DNA of 43,385 nucleotides from Gemmatimonadota bacterium (lineage in GTDB: Bacteria; Gemmatimonadota; Gemmatimonadetes; Longimicrobiales; Gaopeijiaceae), in NCBI GenBank assembly GCA_039591515.1, contig JBDHDM010000003.1, positions 1 through 43,385 of the forward strand, written 5' to 3'. Under the pieces are notes generated by a model that did not search any database, had not been told where the DNA came from, and saw nothing but the letters and a program-made list of their open reading frames with translations. Each line of letters begins with the position of its first letter. Within the stretch, counting starts at the first letter, position 1. The position numbers were made by a program, and so were the translations under genes. Positions 9,680-18,954 of this stretch are shown here, piece by piece.

Positions 9680-11650
9680 ATGGGCGCCATGATCAAAGCA
9701 TTTCGCTGGCTCGCGGGTCTGGCGCTGGTCGCGGTGGGGTGTACCCCCGCGCTCAAGCTGTCGCCCAGCGATGCCGACGTCGTTCTCGCCCGCCAGGCCC
9801 TGGATGCTCCCGACCCGGGGCGGCCCGGTTCTCACGGCGTTCTCACGCTCTACTACGGCTCCGGGACCGACAAGAACCGGCCCGAATACCGTGACTCCGT
9901 CTCGATCACGACCCCCACGGTCGACGTGTCGAAGCTGGTCGATCTCGGGTCGTCCGCGGAGGAGCGCAACGACTATTGGGGTTTCACGCCCGAGGAGATG
10001 CCGCTCAACGCGCGCGTCTGGTATCCGGACGCGGAAGGCCCCTTCCCGCTCGTGCTCGTCGTGCACGGGAATCACAACATGCGCGACTTCTCCGACCCGG
10101 GGTACGACTACCTCGGTGAGCTCCTCGCGAGCCGCGGGTACATCCTGGCCAGCGTCGACGAGAACTTCATCAACGGCGGCATCCGCGGGGAGAACGATGC
10201 CCGTGGCTGGTTCCTTCTCAGGCACGTACAGCTCTTCGACGAGTTCAACCAGGAGGCCGGTAACCCGTTCGAGGGCAAGGTCGACATGGGCAACATCGTG
10301 CTCATCGGTCACTCGCGGGGCGGAGAGGCCGTGGCCAATGCCGCCGCGTTCAACCGCCTGACCTACTACCCCGACGACGCCTCGGTGGAGTTCGACTTCG
10401 GGTACGACGTCCGAGGCATCATCTCGATCGCGCCGGTCGACGGTCAGTATCTGCCGACGGGTCGCAAGGTGGTCGTCGAAGACGTGAGCTACCTGACGTT
10501 CCATGGCTCGCACGACGGCGACGTGACGAGCTTCCACGGTCTGCGCATCTACGACCGGTTGAAGTTCAACGATCCGGACGACTTCAACTTCAAGTCCGCG
10601 ATCTACGTATACCGTGCGAATCATGGTCAGTGGAACACGGTGTGGGGCCCGCACGACAACGGGCCGCGCAGCCCTCGGATTCTGGATCTGCGTGGACTCA
10701 TCCCAGAGGAGGATCAACGCCGTTTCGCGGAGATCTACGTCTCGGCCTTCCTCGAGGTCGTCACCAAGGGCGACAAGCGGTATCTGCCGATCTTCCGTGA
10801 TCACCGGGTGATCGGGCAGTGGCTGCCCGAGACGATGTACATCACGCGCTTCGAGACCAGCAGCTTCCGCGCGCTCGCCACCTACGAAGAGGACATCGAC
10901 GTGACGAGCGGCACCAAGGCCGGTGTCACGATCGCAGGTGACTCGCTCGCCACGTGGAAGGAGGCCCTCCTCCTTCTCCGCTCGAGCAACCGGGCCAACA
11001 CCTCGGCGTCCCAAGAGAACCAGGCAGTTACCGTCGGGTGGAACAACAGGATCGAGGGCGCGGACACCTCGGACCACGGTCCTCCCGCCCGTTATACCGT
11101 GTCGTTGCCTCCTGACCTCGGCGCCGATTGGCAGCTGCACGCCGGCTCGACGCTCGACTTCATGCTCGGCCCCACGGACCAGCTTCCGGCGCCGCGGAAG
11201 TCGCCCGAGGCGGACGAGGAGTCGGAGGCGGAGGAGGGGGTGGATCGGGACGAGGGCGATGCCGGCGCGGGGCAGGAAGAGGACGAGTCGGAGGAAGAGA
11301 AGCCGCCGATCGACCTGAGCATCGAGATCACCGATGCGTCCGGCGAAACCGCTCGGGTCTTGCTAAGCGAATACGGTGCGGTGCGGCGCCCTCTCGAGAC
11401 ATACGTGATGCGTCGCGGTGATCTGGAGGAGACGCGCTTCCAGGAGCATTGGGAGTTGATCCTGCAAACGTACTCGATCCCGCTCGCGGACTTTCTGACG
11501 GACAATGCATCGCTCGACCCGCGTCGGCTCGCTTCCGTCCGCTTCGTCTTCGATCGGGTGCATGCTGGTGAGGTCGTGATCGACCACATCGGGTTCAGTG
11601 ACCTCGATCCGGCCTTCCTGAGCTCTCGTGTAGACGGGGGCGGGGGCTAG
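9680..11650 (+). CDS. alpha/beta-hydrolase lipoprotein with a large uncharacterised C-terminal extension
   Basis: Lipoprotein signal MGAMIKAFRWLAGLALVAVGC. Hydrolase core PLVLVVHGNHNM...IVLIGHSRGGEA (GxSxG). An acidic low-complexity linker lies at 11198..11308. Alternative starts are GTG 9647 and ATG 9689. Confidence 0.7.
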   Translation: MGAMIKAFRWLAGLALVAVGCTPALKLSPSDADVVLARQALDAPDPGRPGSHGVLTLYYGSGTDKNRPEYRDSVSITTPTVDVSKLVDLGSSAEERNDYWGFTPEEMPLNARVWYPDAEGPFPLVLVVHGNHNMRDFSDPGYDYLGELLASRGYILASVDENFINGGIRGENDARGWFLLRHVQLFDEFNQEAGNPFEGKVDMGNIVLIGHSRGGEAVANAAAFNRLTYYPDDASVEFDFGYDVRGIISIAPVDGQYLPTGRKVVVEDVSYLTFHGSHDGDVTSFHGLRIYDRLKFNDPDDFNFKSAIYVYRANHGQWNTVWGPHDNGPRSPRILDLRGLIPEEDQRRFAEIYVSAFLEVVTKGDKRYLPIFRDHRVIGQWLPETMYITRFETSSFRALATYEEDIDVTSGTKAGVTIAGDSLATWKEALLLLRSSNRANTSASQENQAVTVGWNNRIEGADTSDHGPPARYTVSLPPDLGADWQLHAGSTLDFMLGPTDQLPAPRKSPEADEESEAEEGVDRDEGDAGAGQEEDESEEEKPPIDLSIEITDASGETARVLLSEYGAVRRPLETYVMRRGDLEETRFQEHWELILQTYSIPLADFLTDNASLDPRRLASVRFVFDRVHAGEVVIDHIGFSDLDPAFLSSRVDGGGG

Positions 11651-11652
11651 GC

Positions 11653-12975
11653 TCAGCCTCCGACCCGGGCACGGCGCTCCCGCACGTAGCGTTCGAGTCT
11701 CGTCATCGCCACGCGCAGCTCGTCGATCCGTACACACGGGTAGACGACGCGGAACAGACCGTGCTTGGAGTGCCCGAAGCCGACGCCGGGGGTCAGGAGG
11801 ACCCCGGTCTCCTCGAATATCGCCCGCCAGAGCGCGAGCTCGCCCTCCGTCGAGTCCTCCTCGAGGAGCTCTGAGAGGTCGACCCAGCAGAAAAGGCTGC
11901 CGCGGCTCGGGACGTACGGCATGGCGAGCCGGCGCATCGCCTCGACGACGACCGCGTACGCTTCGGTCAGGCGTGACTGATTCCGTTCGACGTAGGACGT
12001 CACGAAGTCTCGATCGGCCAGGACTTGGCCGAGCAGCCACTGCGTGTGGTTCGAGACTGTGTGGGTCAGGTTCAGATTCTCGTACGCGCGCATGAAGGCC
12101 TCGTTGTGGGTGTAGACGAGGCCCGTCCGGAAGCCGGAGATACCGAGATCCTTGGACAGCGCGTACAGGAGGTGCAGCCAGTGGCTCTTGCGGTCGTCCA
12201 TGATCCGGCCGAACGACGTGAACGGCTCGGGATCTCTGTAGTCTTGACGCAGTGCGGGGTGGGTCGTGTCGAGCAGCGAGAGGCCGTAGATCTCGTTGAC
12301 GACGAGGTGGACTTCGTGCTCGATGCACCAGTCGCCGATCCGCTCGAGCCGCTCGGCCGGGTAGATCCCGCCCGTGGGGTTGTCCGGTGCCGTCAGGATG
12401 AGCATGCGGAATCGGCGTCCGCCCGATTGGATGTCGTCGAGTGCCTCGTCGAGATGGCGCACATCCAGCACCGGCCCGTCCGAGAGCTCCGACAATTCCT
12501 GGTGCGTCACGAGGTCGTAGCGCTCGACGCTGGCCATGTTTCCGATGTCCTTTCGGTAGACCGGATAGCACGGCGCGGGAATCACTGCGACATCGCCCGC
12601 GTCGGCCAGCAGGAACGCGGTCATCTCGATGACGCCGGTGGCGCCCGCCGATACGCCGAGGTGGTCGGGGTCGACGGGGCGGTGGGTCAAGTGCTCCGAG
12701 AGGAAGGCAGCCGCCGCGGCCCGGAAGGGAAGCGCGCCGCGATGCGATGCGTACTTCGCGACCCAGTTCGGGATTTCGCTCGCCCTCGACACCTCCTGGA
12801 TCTTGGCCTTCAGATCCGGCCAGCCGAGTCGGTTTTCGGCGATGTTGAGCGGGAGCGCCCCGTCCGGGTTGTGCTCCGGGTGGTACCGGTTCGCCGCCGC
12901 CTGGCGGAAGGCGTCGTGGTCGATTCGGAGAGGGCTGTCGGCCGCGCGTGCGCCGCGGCCCGAGAGCGAGGACAC
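11653..12975 (-). CDS. PLP-dependent aminotransferase, class I/II (ACC-synthase-like subgroup)
   Basis: LNIAENRL, ILTAPDNPTGGIY, VVNEIYGLS, YALSKDLGISGFRTG (PLP-lysine context). Start set at GTG 12975, 8 nt past the upstream gene stop. The track start at 13056 would overlap that gene by 73 nt. Confidence 0.8.
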   Translation of the reverse strand: MSSLSGRGARAADSPLRIDHDAFRQAAANRYHPEHNPDGALPLNIAENRLGWPDLKAKIQEVSRASEIPNWVAKYASHRGALPFRAAAAAFLSEHLTHRPVDPDHLGVSAGATGVIEMTAFLLADAGDVAVIPAPCYPVYRKDIGNMASVERYDLVTHQELSELSDGPVLDVRHLDEALDDIQSGGRRFRMLILTAPDNPTGGIYPAERLERIGDWCIEHEVHLVVNEIYGLSLLDTTHPALRQDYRDPEPFTSFGRIMDDRKSHWLHLLYALSKDLGISGFRTGLVYTHNEAFMRAYENLNLTHTVSNHTQWLLGQVLADRDFVTSYVERNQSRLTEAYAVVVEAMRRLAMPYVPSRGSLFCWVDLSELLEEDSTEGELALWRAIFEETGVLLTPGVGFGHSKHGLFRVVYPCVRIDELRVAMTRLERYVRERRARVGG

Positions 12976-12983
12976 GGCGTAGG

Positions 12984-13934
12984 TCAGCGCCAGCGCACGG
13001 CGAAGCGGTGTGAGCCTCCGTCCGGGGCACCGTCGCCGAATGGCCGATACGCCCACTCGACGGTGATGTCGTCACCCTGGAAGGCGAGGCCCGTCGTGAC
13101 TGGAATCGCCTCGCTCCCGTCCGGCACGTCCTGGAAGCCCAAGCGCGCCACGAAGGTGCGCCCCTGTACCGGCCAATATCCGAGCTCCACGCCTCCGCCG
13201 TAGACGACTTCGTCGTCGTCGACCCCGATCTTGGCCGCGAAGCCGAGGTCGAAGATGCCGACCTGCTTGCCGTAGGATCCGGCGCCGAGGTGAATCCGGC
13301 CGGGGCCCTTCCGACCCTCGACGCCCGGTTTGTCACCGAGGTCCGAAAGGGTGAGCCCCATCGTGACCGGTCCAATGTCGGTCGAGAGTCCGACGTCGAC
13401 CATCACGACGCTCTGCCGGGCTCCGTCCACGCGTTCGTCCACGAAGTCGACGGCGACGCCGAGGTCGAGGCCGAAGAAGGCGGACGCGCGTCCGTAGCCG
13501 ATGGTGGCGATCCGCTCGGATACGGGGCTGGGCCCGAGATCGAACAGGTGGTCCTGTCCGCCCGGCGCCGGGTCGGCACCGTCCTCCGCGCCGTACTGCA
13601 GCGACCGTAGCCCGATCCCCAGGCCGCCTCCGAGGAAGTCGAAAGCAGCTGAGACGGCGGCGGACGAGCTGTGACCACCCCAACGCTGTACCTCGAGGCC
13701 CATGCCTCCGGCGTTCTCGAGCAGGGAGGGGTGATAGAAGATCGCGTCGGCGTGACCCGACCCCATCGCGTATGCGTCCCCCAGTGCCATGGCACGCGTC
13801 GAATTCGGGAGCTGCTGCACGACAGGCAGGTAGCCTCCGGCCTGGGCCAAGGCCGCCGTAGGGGTGACCAGAATGAGGGAGACGAGCGGGGCCCAACAGC
13901 GGGGGCCGAGAGGACGAGGCGTGTGGCGGGTCAT
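12984..13934 (-). CDS. outer-membrane beta-barrel protein, PorV/FadL-like N-terminal motif
   Basis: Signal peptide ...APLVSLILVTPTAALAQA. RAMALGDAYAMGSGHADAIFYHPSLL motif. Alternating Gly/aromatic strands. Ends in RFAVRWR. Confidence 0.6.
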   Translation of the reverse strand: MTRHTPRPLGPRCWAPLVSLILVTPTAALAQAGGYLPVVQQLPNSTRAMALGDAYAMGSGHADAIFYHPSLLENAGGMGLEVQRWGGHSSSAAVSAAFDFLGGGLGIGLRSLQYGAEDGADPAPGGQDHLFDLGPSPVSERIATIGYGRASAFFGLDLGVAVDFVDERVDGARQSVVMVDVGLSTDIGPVTMGLTLSDLGDKPGVEGRKGPGRIHLGAGSYGKQVGIFDLGFAAKIGVDDDEVVYGGGVELGYWPVQGRTFVARLGFQDVPDGSEAIPVTTGLAFQGDDITVEWAYRPFGDGAPDGGSHRFAVRWR

Positions 13935-14109
13935 CGGGATTCGCTGGGGTGAGCCGCGGAGGACTTGCCGCGACGGAGACGCACAAACTCCCGCCTCACC
14001 TCTCGGGCGGCAAGCGGGTCGCTGGGTGCCCCTCCTCGATCACCGCAGGCGGGGGTGACGGCGCACGAACCGCGTCGGAGGATCCGGGTTGGGCCTGCAT
14101 GCCCACGCG

Positions 14110-14925
14110 TTACCCGTGCACGCGCTCCACGAAGTCCTCGATCAGCGCGCGTGCGATCGACATCGGGTGCGGCAGCTCGGGCAGCGCGTCGACGTCGAAC
14201 CAGCGGGCATCCTCGATCTCCGACGGGTCGATGCGGATGTCGCCGTCGAGCCAATCGGCTACGAAGCCGACCATGAGCGAGTTGGGGAAGGGGTGGGGCT
14301 GGCTGCCGAAATACCGGAGGCCCGTCACCCCCACCCCGACCTCCTCGGCGATCTCCCGGTGGACGCACTCCTCGAGGGATTCGCCGGGCTCCACGAAGCC
14401 GGCGAGCGTGGAGAAGACCCCAGGTCTGAAGTGGGCCGATCGCCCGAGCAGGGCCTCCCGGCCGCGCTGCACGAGCACGATGACGGCGGGGGCCACCCTC
14501 GGGAAGTGCATCTGCTCGCAGGCCGGGCAGCGCATGGCCTGGTGGCCCTCGGCGAAGGCCGTCGGTGTTCCGCAGCGGGAGCAGAACCGGTGTGTGCGAT
14601 ACCACTCGACCGTCTGACGGGCTGCCCCCGCGGCCCGGAAGTCGGCGTGGCCGATTGCGTGGTAGGCCACACGAAGCCCGTCGAGTCGAAAGTCCCCAGG
14701 CAGCTCCAGGTCGTCGGGCAACGCGAAGGCGGCGACCGACCCCGACGGGCCCGGAATCCGACCCGGTACCCGTCCGGAAGTGAGCGCCTCGGGTCCGACC
14801 GCCTCACGCAGCTCGTCGAAGGAGGGCGGGCGGGGGCCTGCCGAGGTTTCGACGAGGACCAGACGTGTTCCCACGAAGGCGAAGACGACTTCGCCTGGTT
14901 GTGTGCTGCGGTCTGCCTCCGACAT
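14110..14925 (-). CDS. nudC: NAD(H) pyrophosphatase / NAD-cap decapping Nudix hydrolase
   Basis: Zinc ribbon CSRCGTPT...CPACEQ. Nudix box GFVEPGESLEECVHREIAEEVGV. NudC-type SQPHPFPNSLM motif. ATG 14925..14923. Confidence 0.88.
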   Translation of the reverse strand: MSEADRSTQPGEVVFAFVGTRLVLVETSAGPRPPSFDELREAVGPEALTSGRVPGRIPGPSGSVAAFALPDDLELPGDFRLDGLRVAYHAIGHADFRAAGAARQTVEWYRTHRFCSRCGTPTAFAEGHQAMRCPACEQMHFPRVAPAVIVLVQRGREALLGRSAHFRPGVFSTLAGFVEPGESLEECVHREIAEEVGVGVTGLRYFGSQPHPFPNSLMVGFVADWLDGDIRIDPSEIEDARWFDVDALPELPHPMSIARALIEDFVERVHG

Positions 14926-15140
14926 CACGACGACTCCCGCCGATCGAGGACCGTGCTGGCGTGGCACCGGGAACACGACACCCACAATCGGTTCCGGACG
15001 TAGGACACGTCCGGACGGGGCGGGACCGGCCGACGGTCCAGCTCGACTCCACAGCTCGGACATACGAGTCGCCCGCCACCCAGGAAGGCGCGTCGGAGGC
15101 TCTGCTGCTCCTCGCGCGAGTAGCGGGGGATGGGCGTCAT
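14925..15140 (-). CDS. 71-aa zinc-ribbon miniprotein (hypothetical)
   Basis: Tail of the artefactual 929-aa antisense ORF: MTPIPRYSREEQQSLRRAFLGGGRLVCPSCGVELDRRPVPPRPDVSYVRNRLWVSCSRCHASTVLDRRESS. It carries two CxxC pairs. Its TGA overlaps the nudC ATG (TGATG at 14923..14927). Confidence 0.5.
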   Translation of the reverse strand: MTPIPRYSREEQQSLRRAFLGGGRLVCPSCGVELDRRPVPPRPDVSYVRNRLWVSCSRCHASTVLDRRESS

Positions 15141-15278
15141 CGGACTTCTGCCGTCAGCACAATAAACAAGTGACGTGTCATGTGAACGCACCATCATACA
15201 GCCGCTGAGCGCTCTCGCATTAGGTTTGGCCGGCCGACCCTCAACGCACGCCACTGCCCGAGATTCGCGCTCGCACTC

Positions 15279-17684
15279 ATGATTCAGGTCTTCTTTCAGG
15301 TCGCAGTGGCCGGGGCCGCCCTCGCCGGCGGTGGCCCGGATCCGACGACCCCAGCCGCACCGCCCCCGTTTGCGGAGGTGGCCCGGTACGACGGGTCGGC
15401 GGCCGAGGTCGATGTGGCCACGCCCTCGGTGCCGGGTGCCGAGATCGAAATCGACGGCCGCATCGACGAGGCGGCCTGGCAGCAGGCGGCGCTTCTCGAG
15501 GGCTTCACGCAGTACGACCCCATCGAGGGCTCCGCGGCGTCCCAGAGAACCGAGATCCTCGTGCTCGTGGACGCCGATGCCATCTACTTCGCCGTCCGCG
15601 CGTACGACGATTCGCCGGATCTGATCCGGGCGACGCTCTCGGAGCGTGACTCGTACACGTTCTCGGACGACTACATCCGCTTCGTCCTGGACACGTTCAA
15701 CGACCAGAGGCGAGCCTACGTCTTCACGATCAATCCTCTCGGCGTGCAGCACGACGGGCTTTGGAACGAGAGCGGAGGTGGGACCGGCCGGAGGGGCCGC
15801 GGCGGCTTCGGCTCGCCCATCGACGACGCACCGGACTTCCTCTGGTGGTCCGACGCCCAGGTCACCGAATGGGGCTATCAGGCCGAGGTAAGGATCCCCT
15901 TCAAGAGCCTGCGCTTCCCCGAGCTCGACGAGCAGACGTGGGGGCTCCAGGTGGAGCGCAACATCCAGCGAAACGGCTTCAAGAGCTCGTGGGCGCCGAT
16001 CACCGGCGATGTGGCGAACAAGCTCACGCAGGCCGGAAGGCTCAACGAGCTCCGGGAGCTCGACATGGGCCTCTTCATGGAGCTCAACCCGGTCGTCACC
16101 GGGTCGGTCAACGGCGAGCTCGACGAGACGGGCACGTTCGGACACGAGTCGCCGGAGGGTGAGTTCGGCTTCAACGCCATGTACGGCGTGACGTCGAACC
16201 TCACGCTCGACGCCACGTACAACCCGGACTTCAGCCAGGTCGAGGCCGATGCGGGGCAGGTGCAGGTCAACGAGCGCTTTGCACTCTTCTTCCCGGAGCA
16301 GCGGCCCTTCTTCCTGGAGGGCACCGAGATCTTCGGGATGCAGAAGCAGCTCGTCTACACGCGTACGATCGAGAACCCGATCGCGGGCGGGAAGCTCACC
16401 GGCAAGGTCGGGGGGTTGAACCTCGGCTATCTGGGCTCGGTCGACGAGACTTTTCTCAAAGATGCCCCCAACATCTACGTCAACCTGGTCCGACTCCGGG
16501 GCGACGTGGGTGCGTCGTCCACGGTTGGTGCCGTGTACACGGACCGCACGGTCAGCTCGGCCGAGTTCAATCGTGTGGCCGGGGCGGACGTGCGCCTGCA
16601 GATGGCCGGGCGCTACACCCTTTCGGTGATCGGCGCACAGAGCTACACCAACGACCTGTCGATGGAGCAGCGGCAGGACGGTTCGATGTTCGCGGCGCGC
16701 TTCGAGCAGGCGGGTCGAGCCTTCTCGTTCAACGCCGAGCTCGAAGACACCGAGGCCGAGTTCCTTCCCGGCAGCGGCTTCTTTCAGCGGATCGGGACGG
16801 CGCAGGTCAACAGCAGGGCGTCGTACAACTGGTTCGGGCGGCGGGGCGCCCTGTTGGAACAGATCAGCCCTTCCGTCGAGGCGAAGGCGTATTGGCTCCA
16901 CGATCGGTTCTGGGACGGCGAGGGGTTGTACGAGGGTGAGGTGCAGCTCAGCAGCCGGTTCAGCTTCAAGAACAACATCACGTTCTTCGGCAACGTGAAG
17001 CTCTCGATGTTCGACTACCTGCCGGAGCAGTACGCCAGCCTGTACGTTCTCCCGCCCGACGGCGCCCCCCAGCCGTTCCGGCCGGACCAGAGCCTCTTTC
17101 GCGGGCTCCCGAGCTTCACGACGGGAATCTGGTTCAACAACTGGGAGCGTGTTCGGGGCAACGTCCGCGTGACGTTCAGCGATACGCCGATCTTCGACCG
17201 ACGGTACGGGGTGGCGGTGGACGTTGCCGATTCCTTCTCGGGCGAGGTCAGCCTCAATCTCTACCCCACGTCCGCCTGGAAGGCGGAGTTCGCCACCCGG
17301 TTCACCCGGCTGACCCGGCAGCGCGACGGGGTCGAGCACTCGGATGCCGTGATTCCGCGCCTGCGGACCCAGTACCAGTTTTCGAGGGCCCTCTTCGCCC
17401 GGGGCATCGTGGAGTACGGCACCCAGGTGAGCGCCGACCTCGCCGACCCCGACACGGGCCTGCCGCTCTACGCCTGCGGCGGCGAAGAGTGCCTGATCCG
17501 TAGCGGCGCGGAAGCACACGATTTCCGGGTCGAGGCCCTCCTCGGTTACGAGCCGACCCCTGGAACGGTCTTCTTCCTCGGATACACGCGTCAGATGCGC
17601 GACGCGTCTGCCTTCGGCTTCGAGGAGCTCCAGGCCACGCGGGACGGGCTGTTCCTGAAGCTGAGCTACCGCTTCCGGATGTGA
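15279..17684 (+). CDS. DUF5916 / carbohydrate-binding-family-9-like outer-membrane protein
   Basis: N-terminal CBM9-like segment ([54 protein letters not shown]). It is followed by about 600 aa of barrel-like sequence ending in LSYRFRM. Confidence 0.7.
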   Translation: MIQVFFQVAVAGAALAGGGPDPTTPAAPPPFAEVARYDGSAAEVDVATPSVPGAEIEIDGRIDEAAWQQAALLEGFTQYDPIEGSAASQRTEILVLVDADAIYFAVRAYDDSPDLIRATLSERDSYTFSDDYIRFVLDTFNDQRRAYVFTINPLGVQHDGLWNESGGGTGRRGRGGFGSPIDDAPDFLWWSDAQVTEWGYQAEVRIPFKSLRFPELDEQTWGLQVERNIQRNGFKSSWAPITGDVANKLTQAGRLNELRELDMGLFMELNPVVTGSVNGELDETGTFGHESPEGEFGFNAMYGVTSNLTLDATYNPDFSQVEADAGQVQVNERFALFFPEQRPFFLEGTEIFGMQKQLVYTRTIENPIAGGKLTGKVGGLNLGYLGSVDETFLKDAPNIYVNLVRLRGDVGASSTVGAVYTDRTVSSAEFNRVAGADVRLQMAGRYTLSVIGAQSYTNDLSMEQRQDGSMFAARFEQAGRAFSFNAELEDTEAEFLPGSGFFQRIGTAQVNSRASYNWFGRRGALLEQISPSVEAKAYWLHDRFWDGEGLYEGEVQLSSRFSFKNNITFFGNVKLSMFDYLPEQYASLYVLPPDGAPQPFRPDQSLFRGLPSFTTGIWFNNWERVRGNVRVTFSDTPIFDRRYGVAVDVADSFSGEVSLNLYPTSAWKAEFATRFTRLTRQRDGVEHSDAVIPRLRTQYQFSRALFARGIVEYGTQVSADLADPDTGLPLYACGGEECLIRSGAEAHDFRVEALLGYEPTPGTVFFLGYTRQMRDASAFGFEELQATRDGLFLKLSYRFRM

Positions 17685-17757
17685 TCGGCGCGATTGCCCC
17701 ACGACGGTCTCCAAGGTAAGGTTCGCCGACCATTACTTGAACTCATGTCGGGAATCT

Positions 17758-17973
17758 GTGGGTAAAGACGCAATCGAGATCGAAGGCACCGTCACCGAGG
17801 TCCTTCCAAACGCCACGTTCCGGGTCACGCTCGAGAACGACCACGAGGTGCTGGCATATCTGTCGGGCAAGATGCGGAAGAACTACATCCGCGTGCTCGA
17901 GGGAGATCGCGTCAAGGTCGAGATGTCGCCGTACGATCTGACGCGCGGCCGGGTAACCTACCGGTACAAGTAG
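17758..17973 (+). CDS. infA: translation initiation factor IF-1
   Basis: [73 protein letters not shown] 17758 gives the canonical 71-aa length. The track ORF begins at an upstream TTG. Confidence 0.95.
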   Translation: MGKDAIEIEGTVTEVLPNATFRVTLENDHEVLAYLSGKMRKNYIRVLEGDRVKVEMSPYDLTRGRVTYRYK

Positions 17974-18074
17974 TCGCGGTTGGTGGTCGCTTCGGGCCCT
18001 CCGCGGGCCGTGCGACGAAACCGTCTCCCTCTCTTCTTCGTAGAGGGCCCTGAACGGATTACCGGGGAGGCTAC

Positions 18075-18338
18075 ATGAGATCGTTCGCCAAGTTTGCGGT
18101 CGTCGGAGTTTCGAGCGTGGTCTTGCTCAAGCTCTTCGCCACGATCTTCCTGCCGGCATTGGGCATGCTGGTCGGCCTGCTCATGCTCACCGCGAAGGTC
18201 GCGTTGATGGTGGCCGTGGCCTACTTCGTCTACACGCTTCTGCGCCCGCGCCCGCGCGACGAGGAGGCCGACGTGGAGATGAATGAGGAGGAACTCGAGA
18301 TCGTGGTGGAGGAGGCGTCGGGCGAAGAGAGCGGATAA
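18075..18338 (+). CDS. small membrane protein (two predicted TM helices, acidic C-terminal tail)
   Basis: GGAGG lies 5 nt upstream of the ATG. FAVVGVSSVVLLKLFATIFLPALGMLVGLLMLTAKVALMVAVAYFVY is followed by DEEADVEMNEEELEIVVEEASGEESG. GC3-rich codons. Confidence 0.6.
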   Translation: MRSFAKFAVVGVSSVVLLKLFATIFLPALGMLVGLLMLTAKVALMVAVAYFVYTLLRPRPRDEEADVEMNEEELEIVVEEASGEESG

Positions 18339-18574
18339 GAAGCGGAAGATCTGGTCCCCAAGAAGCGCGCAACCCCCGAGTACGCTGACTTGACGGTCCT
18401 CGAGGGTGGTCTTACCGTTGGTCTCATTGTGATGCGCAGGCCCGGAAACACTTGATTCCATGCGGCTTCTCGAGTGTCTGGCCCGCTTCTTGAAGAGGTC
18501 TTCCTCGAGCCTGCAACGCAGGGCGGCTCCGGCCGCAAACACCCATCCCGTTCCACTCCCTTAGGAGTCGCCAG

Positions 18575-18859
18575 ATGAACAAGTCCGATCTCGTGGACGC
18601 CCTCGCCGACGCTACTGGAATGACGAAGGCCGATGCCGCGAAGGCGGTCGATGCGATGTTCTCGCCGGAAAGCGGGATCATCTCGACGGCCCTCAAGGGC
18701 GGCAAGCGCGTCCAGATTACCGGATTCGGCACGTTCGAATCGAAGCACCGCAAGGCTCGCCAGGGTCGCAACCCGCGCACCGGTCAGACGATCCAGATCG
18801 CGGCCACGAACACGCCGGGCTTCCGAGCGGGTAAGGGGCTCAAGGACGCCATCAACTGA
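18575..18859 (+). CDS. hup: nucleoid-associated DNA-binding protein HU
   Basis: MNKSDLVDALADATGMTKADAAKAVDAMF...ITGFGTFESKHRKARQGRNPRTGQTIQIAATNTPGFRAGKGLKDAIN. AGGAG lies upstream of the ATG. Confidence 0.93.
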   Translation: MNKSDLVDALADATGMTKADAAKAVDAMFSPESGIISTALKGGKRVQITGFGTFESKHRKARQGRNPRTGQTIQIAATNTPGFRAGKGLKDAIN

Positions 18860-18911
18860 GTCCGCTCCCTCCCGCGTAAGGGGGGGCCGCAACCCCGACG
18901 CGTGGGGATCG

Positions 18912-18948
18912 AGAGGGGCCGTGTCGCATCAGGCGACGCGGCCCCTCT
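18912..18948. terminator. intrinsic terminator hairpin shared by convergent hup and helicase-like genes
   Basis: AGAGGGGCCGTGTCGC - atcag - GCGACGCGGCCCCTCT. This is a 16-bp stem with one G:U pair. On the plus strand it is followed by GACCGTTTATT. It lies between stops at 18859 (+) and 18955 (-). Confidence 0.55.
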
Positions 18949-18954
18949 GACCGT

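Noticed and set aside
15171-15180. TGAC-GT-GTCA inverted repeat in the only AT-richer stretch of the window, the divergent region 15141..15278. Considered as a CRP/FNR- or CRE-like regulator site or promoter.
   Set aside because: The arms are only 4 bp. There is no match to TGTGA-N6-TCACA, and I could not place a convincing -35/-10 pair around it.
14925-17714. 929-aa minus-strand ORF, and similar long ORFs such as 20845..22728 (-), 1233..2795 (+), 25524..25919 (-), 9056..11140 (-), 11363..13375 (-), 38258..40075 (+) and 31953..33641 (+).
   Set aside because: They run antisense to, or out of frame with, genes that have clear family signatures. They have Arg/Pro/Gly/Ala-dominated compositions typical of stop-poor alternative frames in GC-rich DNA. 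Only the short terminal segments of 14925..17714 and 20845..22728 that fall outside the opposite-strand gene look like real proteins, and these are annotated separately.
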